Source: Anthoceros angustus
Taxonomy: Eukaryota; Plantae; Anthocerotophyta
Direction of reading: 5' to 3'
DNA length: 64,000 bases
Assembly: GCA_010909165.1 (NCBI GenBank)
Contig: MU008166.1
Coordinates: forward strand, 1,364,001-1,428,000
The translations under genes and the position numbers were made by a program. Each line of letters opens with the position of its first letter. Position 1 is the stretch's first letter. The notes under the pieces are model-generated. The model was not told where the DNA came from, searched no databases, and worked only from the letters and a program-made list of their open reading frames with translations. Positions 35,426-48,975 of this stretch are shown piece after piece.

Positions 35426-37960
35426 TCTGAGGAGCCTTTTGCCTGAAGAACAAACCACGTTGACGGATTGTCATCTGGCGTGAGCGGAGGCCTGCCTGAA
35501 TGCATGCAAGTGCATCCGCTCAGGCATGACAAATTGACTCTGCCAGGAACCTGAATGACTGAGCTATTCCATTTGAAAATGGAATGTTTTAGGAAAGCTA
35601 TGCAAGGAGAGCTTTCAGCATTGTGACATGAGAGTTTCCTACCTTTCTTTGTCTGAGGCATGTACTCAGTCATGGGTGTATAGTGGTGTAAAGTTCATGG
35701 GCAGCTGCAGCACTGACAGCAGTGTCCCAGCCTGTGCTGGACATTTCTGTGAAGCTCTGCAGCCTGTGATCCTGCATTATGGCTGTAAGCGGACCCAGGG
35801 CTGTGTGATCATAAGCCCCAGATGCTTTGGTCCTGTATAATAACCTTCTGGGTGAACAATTATTGAGCACGTCACACTATCAAGTATCTCACTTAGGCCG
35901 TCGCCTATTCTTCACCTTTGCCGACAGACACTGCTTGAGCCTGGCCCCGCAGGGGTCTTTCTCTCTTACACACATCAAACCGGACCGAGGCCAGCCGCAC
36001 ACTGAACGCGCGCCGGGCAAGCACAGCTCTGGCATCTCCCTGCCTCACTCACTCGCCGGCTGCCCTACCTGTGACTGCCAATCTCCTGTGACTGAATATT
36101 AGTTTTAAAAGGAACTTGAACGCGTTCCTCACGGGTGATTTTCCCGCCCTCAACACATTGGAAACCATGATTATATCGCTTTGCCTGTCCGGATGAGAAG
36201 CTCGCGAGACTTGGTGGTGCAGATCACCAGATGGTGCATTTGCTAAAGAAGCCTTGTCATCCGGGCACTCGAATGTGGGTAAAGAAAGTTCAGAACAAGT
36301 GCTTAGCCTTACATTCCAACTTGTCTGGGTGGTGGATTTCAGAGAAGGGGAAGGCCAAAGCGCTTAGGTTCCGACAAGTTCAGTGTCATTGGATTTCAAG
36401 GAAGCTCCAAGAACGTTATAAGGCCCACAAGTATATGAATGTGTGGTGTATCATTGTCAAGATGGGACCAACCGACCGCCGAGGTCAATGTTTGAACCTC
36501 CAGCCTGTGGATCCATCATCGAGGCCAAAGATGTCCTGCTCAAGAAGGGCGAAAGATCAAGAGGTGCCACCCAGCTTTATGCCACCATATTGCTGTGTGG
36601 CCCGAGGTCCCTAAGTGTGAAAGGGGAGAGGAAGGCAGTAGAACCAGAACCCTCGCCCCAACCTCGTGGAGTTTACATCACCTTCGATTCCGAGTATCTC
36701 GACACCAGTATCCCGACAGAGGTACACAACAACATGAAATTGGTGACTGACAATCTGGGACCAAGATGATTCGAGGAGCCTTTTGCCTGAAGAACAAACC
36801 ACGTTGACGGGATTGTCATCTGGCGGAGCGGAGGCCTGCCTGAATGCATGCAAGCAGCATCCGCTCAGGGCATGACAAATTGGACTCTGCCAGGGAACCC
36901 GAATGACCGAGCTTGTCCACGGAAATGGGAATGTTTTAGGAAAGCTATGCAAGGAGAGCTTTCACATTGTGACATGAGAGTTTCCTACCTTTTCTTTGTC
37001 TGAGGCATGTACCAGTCATGGGTGTATAGTAGGTGGTAAAGTTTTGCGAGCTGCAGCACTGACAGCAGTGTCCTAGCCTGTGCTGGACATTTCTGTGAAG
37101 CCTGCAGTTTCGTGATCTTGCATTATGGCTGTAAGCGTGGACCTGGTGGCTGTGTGATTTTATAAGCTCCAGATGCTTTGGGTCTCGTATAATAACCTTT
37201 CTGGGTGAACAATTATTGAGCACGTCACACTATCAAGTATCTCACTTAGGCCGTCGCCTATTCTTCACCTTTGCCGACAGACCTCGACCGTTGAGCCCCG
37301 TCCGTGCGGCTCTCTCTCTCTTACACACATCAAACCGGACCGAGGCCAGCCTGCACACCAGCGCGCCCGGGCAAGCACAGGCGTTATCTCCCTGCCTCAC
37401 CGCCGCGCTGCCCTACCGTGTTGCTCAATCTCCTGGACTGAATATTAAGTGCGCTTAAAGGAACTTGCAGCGTTCACGGCTATGGGATTTCTCTCCACAT
37501 TGGAAACCATGACTATAGCTTTTGTCCGGATGAGAAGCTGCGAGACTTGGTGGTGCAGGCCACCGGATGGTGCATTGCTAAAGAAGCCTTGTCGTGGGCG
37601 CTGGCACTCATGAATGTGGGTGGAAAGTTCAGAACAAGTGCTTAGGGCCTACATTCCAACTTGTCGGTGGTGGATTTCGTAGAAGGGGAAGCACAAAGCG
37701 CTAGGTTCCCGACAAAGTTCAGCAAGCTGTATCATTGGATTTCGAAGGAAGCTCCCAAGAACGTTATAAGGCCCACACAGGTATATGAATGTGTGGTGTA
37801 TCATTGTCAGTATGGACCAACTGACCGTCGAGGTCAATGTGTTGAACCCTCCAGCTTTGTGGATCCATCACTGAGGCCAAAGACAGTCCGCTCAAGAAGG
37901 GCCGACATCAAGAGAGGTGCCAATTCCGGTTTATGCCACCATATTGCTCGGTGGCCGAGG
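35265..37960 (+). repeat. Tandem duplication, unit ~1.34 kb (RLK last exon, 3' UTR and MULE 5' end)
   Basis: ccctaagtgtgaaaggggagaggaaggcagtagaacc occurs at ~35265 and ~36609. The MULE left end is repeated at ~35915 and 37277. Confidence 0.92.
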
Positions 37961-40842
37961 TCATGAGCTGAGTCGTCACGGTTTCTGTGATGCAACGGGT
38001 GAGTACTGTCACGGTGATCTAATGCCTGGTACTCAACCTCATCCTGCCAGGCTCGCTGCTTTTTTATCTGATGCCAAACGACGCTGGGTCATTCATAAAT
38101 TGTTGTGCAAGTTGACGAAAATGCAAATCATGGTTGATCACGAAGAGGAAGTTCATGCCAAACGACGAGCAGATCCAACCTACAAGTTTACAAGGGATGA
38201 TTACCTGAGTCCCAAGGATGTTCAGAATATGGAGACAGTGAAGTCTCGAACCTATGAACTTCATGTGCAAGATCATGGTGTGTATATGGATAGACCTTCA
38301 CACTAACTTAGTTTTCTACCTTGACAGATGCCTCTTCCTTATGCTGCGACACTTTCATTCTTGGTGTCGAGACCGCTTATGCTAGAAATGTTGGTAAAGT
38401 GGGGTCATAACTCTATTGTGGCTATGGATGCAACATTCGGTCTCAATAAATGGCGATTTGATTAGTCTCTTGGTATTTGATAACCACATGAATGGCTTGC
38501 CCGTTGCTTGGGTGATATGCAAGAGATGCCGATCGCAAGTATAGCAAGATGGCTACAAGTGCTGCGAGATAAGGCACGTGAGGTTGCTCCCATGTGGCAA
38601 CCAAATGCATTTTGGTGGACGGCGCCAAGCGAAATAAATGCAATCAAGGAGACTTTTGGTCCGTACATGTTAGTCTTCTTGTGCCTTTGGCATGTGCGGA
38701 GAGCGTGGTTGAGAAATCTCTTACGAAGGTCAAAAATGCAGCAGAAGATCGGACATCATGCATTGGGAGATAATGTACATGGAAGGGTGTCCACTCATTT
38801 CGGAGGCAAGAGCAAGAGAGAAGCTCGAATCCTTGTATACTCGATGAGAGTGTGTACCTACATTCATCACCTACTTCAAGCGGTGGGAAGAATTATTCAT
38901 ATGTGGTTAAATCGGTGAGAAGCTTCCTCATGCGTCAAGGCGCAATAGTTCAATTGAGGCATACCATTTGCACTTGAAAGTAAGAGCATCACACCAAGCG
39001 GTTACTTGGTCGCAGTGGGTGGCTTTTACGTACTAGTGGATGAAGTCAAGTACACTTGTATCATCAGAATGCAAGAAGGCGAGCTTTGTGAGAAATAGCA
39101 AGTTAGAATGAATGATAGAACACTCGTTGCTAAAGCTACGAAGATCCCAGTTCACAAGTCATCATTCCTGCAGTTCGCATAACGTTGCTTATGTATTTTC
39201 GTAAAGCCACATGCCCATACATTGTCACCAATGCCTGTTGGGCTACGTATCGTGCCCTTGGGCTGCACAAGGAATGTAGCATCAAGTTAAAGTCTTGATG
39301 TTGTCCGCAATTGGTGCCAACATGCTCTTGTGGCTGCCTTGATCCAAAGGAAGACTATACCTTTTCTTCCTTTGGATATTGGAAATCACATATTTCCTAA
39401 AGACATTGTGGCAACGGGCCACAATTTGAAGAGGGGATCATGTAGGAGGTGAAGAGCACAGGATGAACTTGCGGTGGAGTCGGGCCACGAACCATGGTGG
39501 GCTCACAAAGGAGTTCAAGACAATTTGCAGATGTTGTAAAGGCTCATGCGATCATGAAACGAGAACCACTCTTGTGTGAGCACGCATGTGGGGTCATGGG
39601 ATTGCTAGTTGAACTTGGAGGAAAGGAGGCTAGAATGGAGCGCTTGTCCTCTACACCTCACCTTGTCATGCGGGGAGGCGATACATCATTGAGAGAAACG
39701 TCCATTCTTGACAGAATCAAGAAAAAGCGGCGGTCGAATTGTCTTAGGAGAATGTACCTCCAACATGCGGGACACGACACACGGAAGAAAAAGACCTTCA
39801 CCCAGCCTTAGGTAGAGACAAATTACGGTAGGTGTAAACTTGTACACAAGTGGGTGCATCTCATTCACTAGCTTGATATATCTCTAGAACTAGTGGGGCA
39901 ACTTCATCGCACCCATAAATCCCAATGTGAATCCAAGTGCAAACGTGTTCGAATTCATCACTGTAGCTACAAATACATTCTCCCTTTGTTGCATCAACCA
40001 TTGGTGTAGCTCGGACTTGTATGCAATTCTATCACATCCGTTGGTGTAGTGGTGTGGTTGGATTCTACAGGCATGTCATGGAATAATTGTCGGCGACCAA
40101 TGGCATCACATCCACCCTTATAAACAATTGCCTCCCGTTTTTGGGATGGACAATCTGAACTTGCAGCAAAATCTCCGTCCCACCAATTGATCAAGGAGTA
40201 GCTTGACCGCTCACCTCCAACGGACTATATTCGATGAGGCCGGTGAAGAAGTCTTGTGCGAATCAAAAGCAACCACCGTGTCTCTACGTGCCATCCCCAC
40301 TATCAACCGGCGAAATAGCGCTTCCTTGTTGCAGTTGCAAACCACGGTGACGCATGCGCCCTACTTTGTGGCAACTTGCACAACCCTCGTGATAGCACAA
40401 AGTCATCAGCACGCATGATACCACCACTGGCCGTCGCTCCGGCAAATTGTAGCTCATCCCGGCATTCCTTGCGCAATTAGATCGACTACAATGGCGGTCT
40501 TGTGAAGAACATCATGCCGACGAGCGAACCTCCTCGGTGACTGCGAAGAACCTCCTCGGTGACGAAAGAACCTCCTCGTGACAATAAAAAATATTTATGA
40601 GGACATTGAGCATCGTTGTGGGCGATCCGCGGAATTGAGCGGTCAGGTAGGGCAGCCCGGCGGTGAGGCGGGCGGGAGATAACCGGGCTGCTTGCACGGT
40701 AGGGCAGCGGCGCTGGCGGTGAGGCAGTATGGAGATAACTGGGCGTGCTTGCCTGCGGCGTGTAAAGTGGCCTCGGTCCGGCTTTGATGTGTGTAAGAGA
40801 GAGAGAGCCGCACTTGACGGGCTCAATCTCGAGGTCTCAGTG
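37277..40842 (+). mobile_element. Mutator-like element (MULE), ~3.57 kb, with ~150-bp TIRs
   Basis: Left TIR agacctcga..ttgagccc.gtc.gtgcggctctctctctcttacacacatcaaa.ccggaccgaggcca matches the reverse complement at ~40690-40842. Possible degenerate 9-bp TSD cctttgccg / cccttgcca. MULE transposase inside. Confidence 0.85.
37560..39800 (+). pseudogene. MULE transposase with SWIM zinc finger, frameshifted
   Basis: VAMDATFGLNK (~38420), LLVFDNHMNGLPVAWVI, EINAIKETF...FLCLWHVRRAW (~38630-38710), CPWAAQG (SWIM-like, ~39255). Confidence 0.85.
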
Positions 40843-41129
40843 CCCTTGCCATCAATCGTCAGGAAGAATGGCACGGCCTCACTTAGAAGCAGCAGCGAGG
40901 ATTTAATGCTACCGGTGAAGGGGCACGCCTTTGCCCTCCCCTTCTCCTCGTCCTACACCCCTCACGAGGCAATAATAAATAATCAGTACACATAGCCTTT
41001 ACGGCCTGGGGGGTGGCTGAGAACACGCTTAGAAAGCAGTATAACACTTCCGATGTAGGTTACCTCCATTGTAAAACTGCAAGTTGTACCGCCCAAAGGC
41101 GCCCCACAAAGCACCATGGATTACGGGCA

Positions 41130-44100
41130 CAAACTCCATGAGGTCTTCTCTTCTTACAGCCCTTCTCCTAGGGCTGGTTCTGCATCTCTGCCTTCTCTCT
41201 TGATTCTGCCTGCAAACATTGCTGCTGAGAATGGAGTGCACTCGAGGTCGAGACCTCGAAAGTAGCACTCACAGTGAGTCATGTTGATTGGCCCAGCCAG
41301 CATAAGAATGTAAGATGGAAACTTCCGCTCGGGTCAAGGCAAATTCCCGTTGGTCCAAAAATCAGATGGGGGATACACCACCTTTGTTTCACAGGACTCG
41401 GATATACATGGGCATAAAGGAGGGCTCACAAAGAAAAAATACGTGAGCCGATGCGTGCTGCCCGAGGATGAAGGAGCATGTAAATCGCCACAACCCTCCT
41501 CGGCTCGACCCACTCTAGACGATCCCCTCCATCCGTGACCTGCCTCCACTGGTCATGTATACCACTCCCTTGCCCACTTGGTTGTGCTTCAACACTTGGT
41601 TCTGCCACCTAAGCTACCTTCTAGGGCACTGACTCTTGACCCAGGAAATTAATGGCGGTCGACTACCATTGTCGTGACATGCCTCCTTGTGCTTGTCCAG
41701 AGGGAGCAGCTCTTCATTCAACAGTTTGCTTTGGGCCGAACTGCTTTCAGTCTAACGGGCCTTCTTCCTCCTCTCATCCTACATTCCTCGCCTCTTGCCC
41801 GGAGGCCAGCCTGCGGTTCGCAATAATGCCCAAACCTGGAAGTGCTGCCTTGGTCCTGAGTCGCTTTTCCAGTAACCCGATTCTTGCGCCTTTTATTTGA
41901 CAAAGCAATGTGGTTCTGAGTGTGGGCAATGGCCTGCCTTTTGAACTTTTGAAGTCCTTGAAATAATCGGTTCCGAATTTTCCCATTGCTACGGAGAATG
42001 GCTGGCTTACCACCTTCAAATTTTGTTCTTACTCTTGCTCTTGCTTTGTCTTGCTCTGCTTGCTTACACTTTCTGTTTACTCTTGCTTTCCCGCTTCTTG
42101 CTCTTGCTCTTGCTCTTGCTTCTTGCTGCTCTGCTCACTCTTGCTCTTGCTCTTGCTCTGCTCTTGCCTTGCTCTTGCTCTGCTCTTGCTCTTCTTGCTC
42201 TTGCTCTTGCTCTTGCCCTTGCCTTGCTCTTGCCTCTTGCTCTGCTCCTTGCTCTTGCTCTGCCCTTGCTCTTGCTCCGCTCTTGCTCTTGCTCTTGCCT
42301 TGCCTCAGCCTTGCTCTTGCCTTGCCTTGCCCTTGCCTCGCCTCCTGTCTCTTGCTCTCGCCTCCTTGCTCTTGCCTCTTGCTGCCTTGCCTTGCTCTTG
42401 GCTCTTACTCTTGCCTTGCTCTTGCCTGCCTTGCTCTTGCTCTTGCTCTTGCTCTTGCTCTTGCTCTTGCTCTTGCTCTTGCTCTTGCTCTTGCCCCCTT
42501 GCTCGAAAGTCTCCTCTCCCACATCACACACCCAGCTAACAACTGTGTTAATCAATCGAACTCCCGATCGATTCACTAGCTCACATTCGACAGCCCAGGA
42601 CTCTAGATCAAACAAATTGTTCTATCCATCGCTAAAAAAATAGTTTGTGTTTTAGATCTAAGCTCAACTCTCAAGCAATAAGTGGCTAAAATTCTAGATC
42701 TTAATTAGTAGTCTATCCCAAAACCTTAAACTATATTTGACTCTATCATCTATTCAAAAACTCTAGAGGTTAATTTTCGCCCCAAAAACTTCCTCTAGCT
42801 TCTTCCTTCCCAAGTTTTTTTTGAGTGGAGGCAAACCTCGTGTCTCGAATGTTCATAAAGGAGAAAGATCAATGGTTTGATTTTATTATAGAAAAATTAG
42901 TGAAAAGTATTTGCCATAGAAAAATTAGTGAAAGCCCTATTTGCCATAGAAAAATTAGTGAAAAGCCATATTGCCAGAAAATTAGTGAAAAGTCAGATTT
43001 GCCACAACACTAGAGTGAGATAAATCAGTAAAATTGGTATTTGCCATACTCCGCCACCCCTCAGCCAAACTATGAGCTGTCTTCTCTTCTTGCGCTCCTT
43101 CTCCTAGGCTGGTTCTGCTGCATCTCTCGTCTTCTCTTGATTCTGTCTTGCAAACATTGCTGTTTGAGAATGAGTGCACTCTCTGAGGTCGAGGACCCTC
43201 GAGTGCGAGCACTCTGTGAGTCATGTTGATTGGCCCAAAACAGCATAAGAACAGAAGAAGATGGAAACTTCTGCTCGAAGGCTGAAGGCAAGGATTCCCG
43301 TTGGTCCAAAAATCAGCATAGGGGATACACCACCTCCAGTTTGTTTCACGGACTCGGATATAGAGGGGGCTCACAAAGAAAAAATACCGGGGCGATGCGT
43401 TATCGTTGCAGGATGAAGGGGAGCATGAAGTCGCCACAACTCCTCCAGCTCGACCCACTCTAGGCATCCCCTCCATCCGGACACTCCAGGCGCTGCTGCA
43501 CCATCGCGGCGGCCCACTTGGTTGTGCTTCAACACTTGGTTCTGACCGGGCTACTCCTTCTAGGGCACCGTGCAGCCCGTGGCAAGAAGCGCCCGATCAT
43601 TTGTCGCACTGCCTCCTTGTGCTTGTCCGGGAGGCAGCTCATTCACAGTTTGCTTTGCTAACTCGAGGTCTAACGCACTTCTTCCTCCTCATCACATCTC
43701 ATTCCTCGTCTTCGTTCGGGAGTGGAGCCTAGCACTGTGGGTTCAATAATTCCAATAAACACAGGAAGGGCCTTGTCTTGAGGCCGTCGTTTTCCAGATT
43801 CTTGCGGCTTTATTTGATGAAAGCAATGTGGTTGAGTGTGGGCAATAGCTCATCTTAACTTTTGAAGTCGAGGTATTGGCTTGGTTCCATAAATTTTCCC
43901 GTCCTGAGAATGGGTGGCTTACCACCACCTTGCTCTTACTCTTGCTTGCTCTTGCTCTTGCTCTTGCTCTTGCTCTTGCTCTTGCTCTTGCTCTTGCTCT
44001 TGCTCTTGCTCTTGCTCTTGCTCTTGCTCTTGCTCTTGCTCTTGCTCTTGCTCTTGCTCTTGCTCTTGCTCTTACTCTTGCTCCTCTTGCTCTTGCCTGC

Positions 44101-46260
44101 TCTTGCTCTTGCTCTTGCTCTTGCTCTTGCTCTTGCTCTTGCTCTTGCTCTTGCTCTTGCTCTTGCTCTTGCTCTTGCTCTTGCTCTTGCTCTTGCTCTT
44201 GCTCTTGCTCTTGCTCTTGCTCTTGCTCTTGCTCTTGCTCTTACTCTCTTGCTCTTGCTCTTGCTCTTGCTCTTGCTCTTGCTCTTGCTCTTGCTCTTGC
44301 TCTTGCTCTTGCTCTTGCTCTTGCTCTTGCTCTTGCTCTTGCTCTTGCTCTTGCTCTTGCTCTTGCTCTTGCTCTTGCTCTTGCTCTTGCTCTTGCTCTT
44401 GCTCTTGCTCTTGCCCTTGCTCAAAAGTCTCCTCTTCACATCACACACCCAAACAACGTGGTTAATCAATCAACTCCCGTCGATTCACCGGCTCACATTC
44501 GACAAGACTCTAGATCAAACAAATTGTTCCATCCGGGCCCACTCAAAATAGTTTCGGTGTTTTAGATCTAAGCCCGCAACTCTCAAGCTTAAGGCTAAAA
44601 TTCTAGATCTTAATTAGTAGTCTATCCCAAAAACCTTAAACTATATTTGACTCTATCAACCTATTCAAAAACTCTAGAGGTTAATTACGGTCCCCAAAAA
44701 CTTCCTCTAGCTTCTTCCTTCCCAAGTTTTTTGAGTGGAGGCAAACCTCCGTGTCTGAATGTTCACAGTGAGAAAGATCAATGAAAAGCGGTATTTGCCA
44801 TAGAAAAATTAGTGAAAAGCCGTATTTGCCATAGAAAAATTAGTGAAAAGCCGTATTTGCCATAGAAAAATTAGTGAAAAGCCATATTTGCCATAGAAAA
44901 ATTAGTGAAAAGCCGTATTTGCCACAACACTAGAGTGAGATAAATCAGTAAAAATTGGTATTTGCCATACTGCCACCCCTTGGCCAAACTATGTGCCAAC
45001 AATCTTTTACCTAGGCATGTTATACATTCAAAGCTCTTGTTCCTCGACCATAGGAAACTCCACTTTCTTTACCTTCAAGGTCATATGAGGTTAAGAGTGT
45101 GGGCAATGGCCTGCCTTTTGAACTTTTGAAGTCCTTGAAATAAATCGGTTCCGAATTTTCCCATTGCTACGGAGAATGGCTGGCTTACCACCTTCAAATT
45201 TTGTTCTTACTCTTGCTCTTGCTTTGTCTTGCTCTGCTTGCTTACACTTTCTGTTTACTCTTGCTTTCCCGCTTCTTGCTCTTGCTCTTGCTCTTGCTTC
45301 TTGCTGCTCTGCTCACTCTTGCTCTTGCTCTTGCTCTGCTCTTGCCTTGCTCTTGCTCTGCTCTTGCTCTTCTTGCTCTTGCTCTTGCTCTTGCCCTTGC
45401 CTTGCTCTTGCCTCTTGCTCTGCTCCTTGCTCTTGCTCTGCCCTTGCTCTTGCTCCGCTCTTGCTCTTGCTCTTGCCTTGCCTCAGCCTTGCTCTTGCCT
45501 TGCCTTGCCCTTGCCTCGCCTCCTGTCTCTTGCTCTCGCCTCCTTGCTCTTGCCTCTTGCTGCCTTGCCTTGCTCTTGGCTCTTACTCTTGCCTTGCTCT
45601 TGCCTGCCTTGCTCTTGCTCTTGCTCTTGCTCTTGCTCTTGCTCTTGCTCTTGCTCTTGCTCTTGCTCTTGCCCCCTTGCTCGAAAGTCTCCTCTCCCAC
45701 ATCACACACCCAGCTAACAACTGTGTTAATCAATCGAACTCCCGATCGATTCACTAGCTCACATTCGACAGCCCAGGACTCTAGATCAAACAAATTGTTC
45801 TATCCATCGCTAAAAAAATAGTTTGTGTTTTAGATCTAAGCTCAACTCTCAAGCAATAAGTGGCTAAAATTCTAGATCTTAATTAGTAGTCTATCCCAAA
45901 ACCTTAAACTATATTTGACTCTATCATCTATTCAAAAACTCTAGAGGTTAATTTTCGCCCCAAAAACTTCCTCTAGCTTCTTCCTTCCCAAGTTTTTTTT
46001 GAGTGGAGGCAAACCTCGTGTCTCGAATGTTCATAAAGGAGAAAGATCAATGGTTTGATTTTATTATAGAAAAATTAGTGAAAAGTATTTGCCATAGAAA
46101 AATTAGTGAAAAGCCCTATTTGCCATAGAAAAATTAGTGAAAAGCCATATTGCCAGAAAATTAGTGAAAAGTCAGATTTGCCACAACACTAGAGTGAGAT
46201 AAATCAGTAAAATTGGTATTTGCCATACTCCGCCACCCCTCAGCCAAACTATGTGCCAAC
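41130..46260. repeat. Tandem array A-B-A'-B'-c-B-C of an unclassified repeat containing (GCTCTT)n tracts
   Basis: A ~41130-41917 resembles A' ~43075-43850. B 41918-43074, B' ~43850-44992 and B 45095-46253 are copies. GCTCTT tracts at ~42025-42495, 43929-44421 and 45203-45673. Confidence 0.9.
42885..43010. repeat. 30-bp minisatellite tatttgccatagaaaaattagtgaaaagcc (also 44785-44925 and 46065-46185)
   Basis: 4-5 head-to-tail units with no spacers. Confidence 0.92.
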
Positions 46261-47289
46261 AATCTTTTACCTAGGCATGAGTTATACATTCAAAGCCTTT
46301 GCTCCGCCTCCAAAGTCATCATAGGAAACTCCACTTTTCTTCCACCTTCAAGGTCATATATGAGGTTAAGATCCCAATCTCTCATTTTTCTCTGGAGCTT
46401 CCTGGGCCTCACTCTTCCTGGAGTACTCATCTGGAAGATGAACGTCATCTCTTCTGCCGCTCGCTTCATGCACATCCCAATCTCTCATATTATCTCTTAA
46501 TAGCCTCTGCAGATTTCTTCTGTGCACCTACTAGGAACGCAAACTCCATCTCTTTTCACTTTGACTTGGAAGTGGGACTTGAATTTCTTTCAAGTTCAAG
46601 TTTTGTGTTCCTTTATCACTCGCACTCAGCCACCGACTTTCCTTCCGATGTGCCTTCATCATTCTCTTATCCGAAAATCATCAAGACCAGTAAATGAAGC
46701 TCCAAATTTCATATTTGAGTGTATCATGCTCTGATAACTATGATTGTTAGAAGCTATGCGTGTGTACCCTTCACTTACCCATGAAGGAAACCTCTGCTAC
46801 TAATCATGCCAGTGTACACCAATTGCCCAATGTGGATCGTGCTCAATTTGATGTACATAAGCCCGTATAGCTCATGCGATTCTTGGAAGCTAGTGCTTTA
46901 TAGCTAATTCTTGAGCTCCTCCATGTATACATATGATCCTTAGCGTGTTAGTCCTTTCACGACTTCCTCTTCTAGAACCTCCATTTCCATCATCTTGCCG
47001 ACCTTGACAATGAGTTCTTTTCGATCTTTTTCCCGTGTTACACTTTTTCTCTATATATTTACTCATTGTGATCCATTATGCAATATAGACACATACATGA
47101 AGAAGATGAAGATTTTGGACATGCAAGAAGAAATTTATTCAAGTCCACTAAGACTACCATTTAATTTTTATAATTAATTTGAAATTCTAGGAATCCAACC
47201 CAAGACAAATAATCTTCAATCAACTTAATGTTAATGATAATGCATGAACGAGGATAATCTAAGCACCAACAACACAAAAGTTCATCATA

Positions 47290-48260
47290 AGTCCTTAAGT
47301 TACTAACAAATTACAATTTATTACTCATTAATTACTAAATCTTGTTACTAATTAACTACTGAAACTCCTCCCCTAAAGTTACAAGTAACCAAAAACAAGA
47401 AAAAGTAATATGCAATAACTACGACTTTCATATGAACAAAAGAAAAGTCGATAGGCACCTGCGCAAAATAATCAATGAAACTAATTTTGAAAACTAGTAG
47501 TATTCCCTTTCTCTGAGACTACATATATAAGGCAAATCATAATCTAAGTTCCGATCTCTATCTATTATTTACTACCGTTGTTTGAGGTCTCTATTTTAAT
47601 TTTAATTATTCTCTTTTTTTGCTTTATTACCCCATATTTTTGTCGTGCTAGTGCTTCAATTTATATTATTCAAGTAAATCGTTTTTGCGGTTTGGCCATG
47701 AAATTTGAAAATGGAGATAAGATGAGAATCCCTATGCTTATGTATTTACAAGAAAAGCCCAAAGTAGGTCAAACCCTGCTATTCCAGAACGCAAAGTCTC
47801 TCTACGACTAACCTCTTATCCTACAAGTCTAGGTTTGTTTTCTGCCCTACATAGTTTGATAGTCGAATCCATCCTTGAAATCATAATATGATGTTACATG
47901 ATATGGTCTTGTTTACGTGTGCACAAACGTACTTGATTTTTAACTTTATCCAATTTTGAGCCTTCCTAAAAGAAGGTCATTCTCACAATCGGCACGTGTA
48001 CAAACATTTAGAGTTTTTAGGGCTTGCTGTAATTTTGGTGTGCAAACTTGTTTGCGCACCAACCTTTCACTCGTACCAGTCAATCCTAAGACTATACTCT
48101 CGCTCTAGGAATCCTACAAGACTTTGTTTCTTAGACATTTGGCACAATAACATCTTCCTTGACCTGATGCTCTTCTTGATTCGCGTGCAATGCGAGAATG
48201 AAAGTGGTATGGTTTGCACTTGGAGCTGGGCCCAAACCAAATGTCTAAAAACAAGGTCTC
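47290..48260 (+). repeat. Copy of the AT-rich repeat family arrayed at 55890-60920
   Basis: 47290-47910 matches 58815-59440. 47905-48240 matches 56110-56430, 57768-58090 and 59435-59760. Confidence 0.88.
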
Positions 48261-48699
48261 CTTGGGACTGGTGACGGCTCCTGGTCACTAGTTGGAAGGG
48301 TGTACACATGGTCGAAAGGTATACAAAAACCATCCAAAACCATGTTTTCATGATTCCCTTTAAAAAAAAAAACCCCTGAACCTAGGAGCAAATCATAGAG
48401 GGATCTGTTTTACCGTATTTGTATGTCCTCATCTCATATTACTTTAGCTAAAGGAATATATATAAGTTTTGAAAATCACAACTGTATGGACAACAAAAAT
48501 GAACAATGGAAATCCATATATCTGTCACAATATGGTCATCTGGAGTTATTCACCATCTATAAACCTTGCATCTCTAAAATGGTGTATGGAAGATTGCTAC
48601 CTCTAGCACCTTATGGCGAGTGGTGGTTTGTGGCATCATTTGCATCTGTTCATGTTGCATCTTGAACCTCATCCTAAGTGGTGATAAAGAATTCCATAA

Positions 48700-48975
48700 C
48701 TAGTGGAATTGAACATCTATCAAGTGGTCTATTGAACATCTATCAAACAATAAGTGATCCGGTTGAACTTGTCCTATCAAGTGAACATTTGCAAACTCTA
48801 TCAAACAATATGGTAAATTGAACATCTATCAAACAATAAGTGGTTCCTAAAATTGAACATCCAAACATAAGTGGTGTCTTCTTGGTGGTCAAATAATTGA
48901 GAAATTCATATCACAAATAACATGTTAGTGCATCTCAAAATTGAACATCTATCAAGTTGGATTATGAAAATTGAA
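48700..48975. repeat. ~31-33-bp minisatellite aaaattgaacatctatcaaacaataagtggt (also 51370-51580, 57485-57547, 60815-60920)
   Basis: Degenerate head-to-tail units at four sites. Confidence 0.85.

Noticed and set aside
42885-43010. 30-bp and 31-bp repeats as a CRISPR array
   Set aside because: Units are head-to-tail with no unique spacers, there are no cas genes, and the context is eukaryotic.
41986-45821. 160-230-aa ORFs rich in LA, CS, SK or RA
   Set aside because: They arise from stop-free (GCTCTT)n tracts in several frames on both strands; no independent coding evidence.
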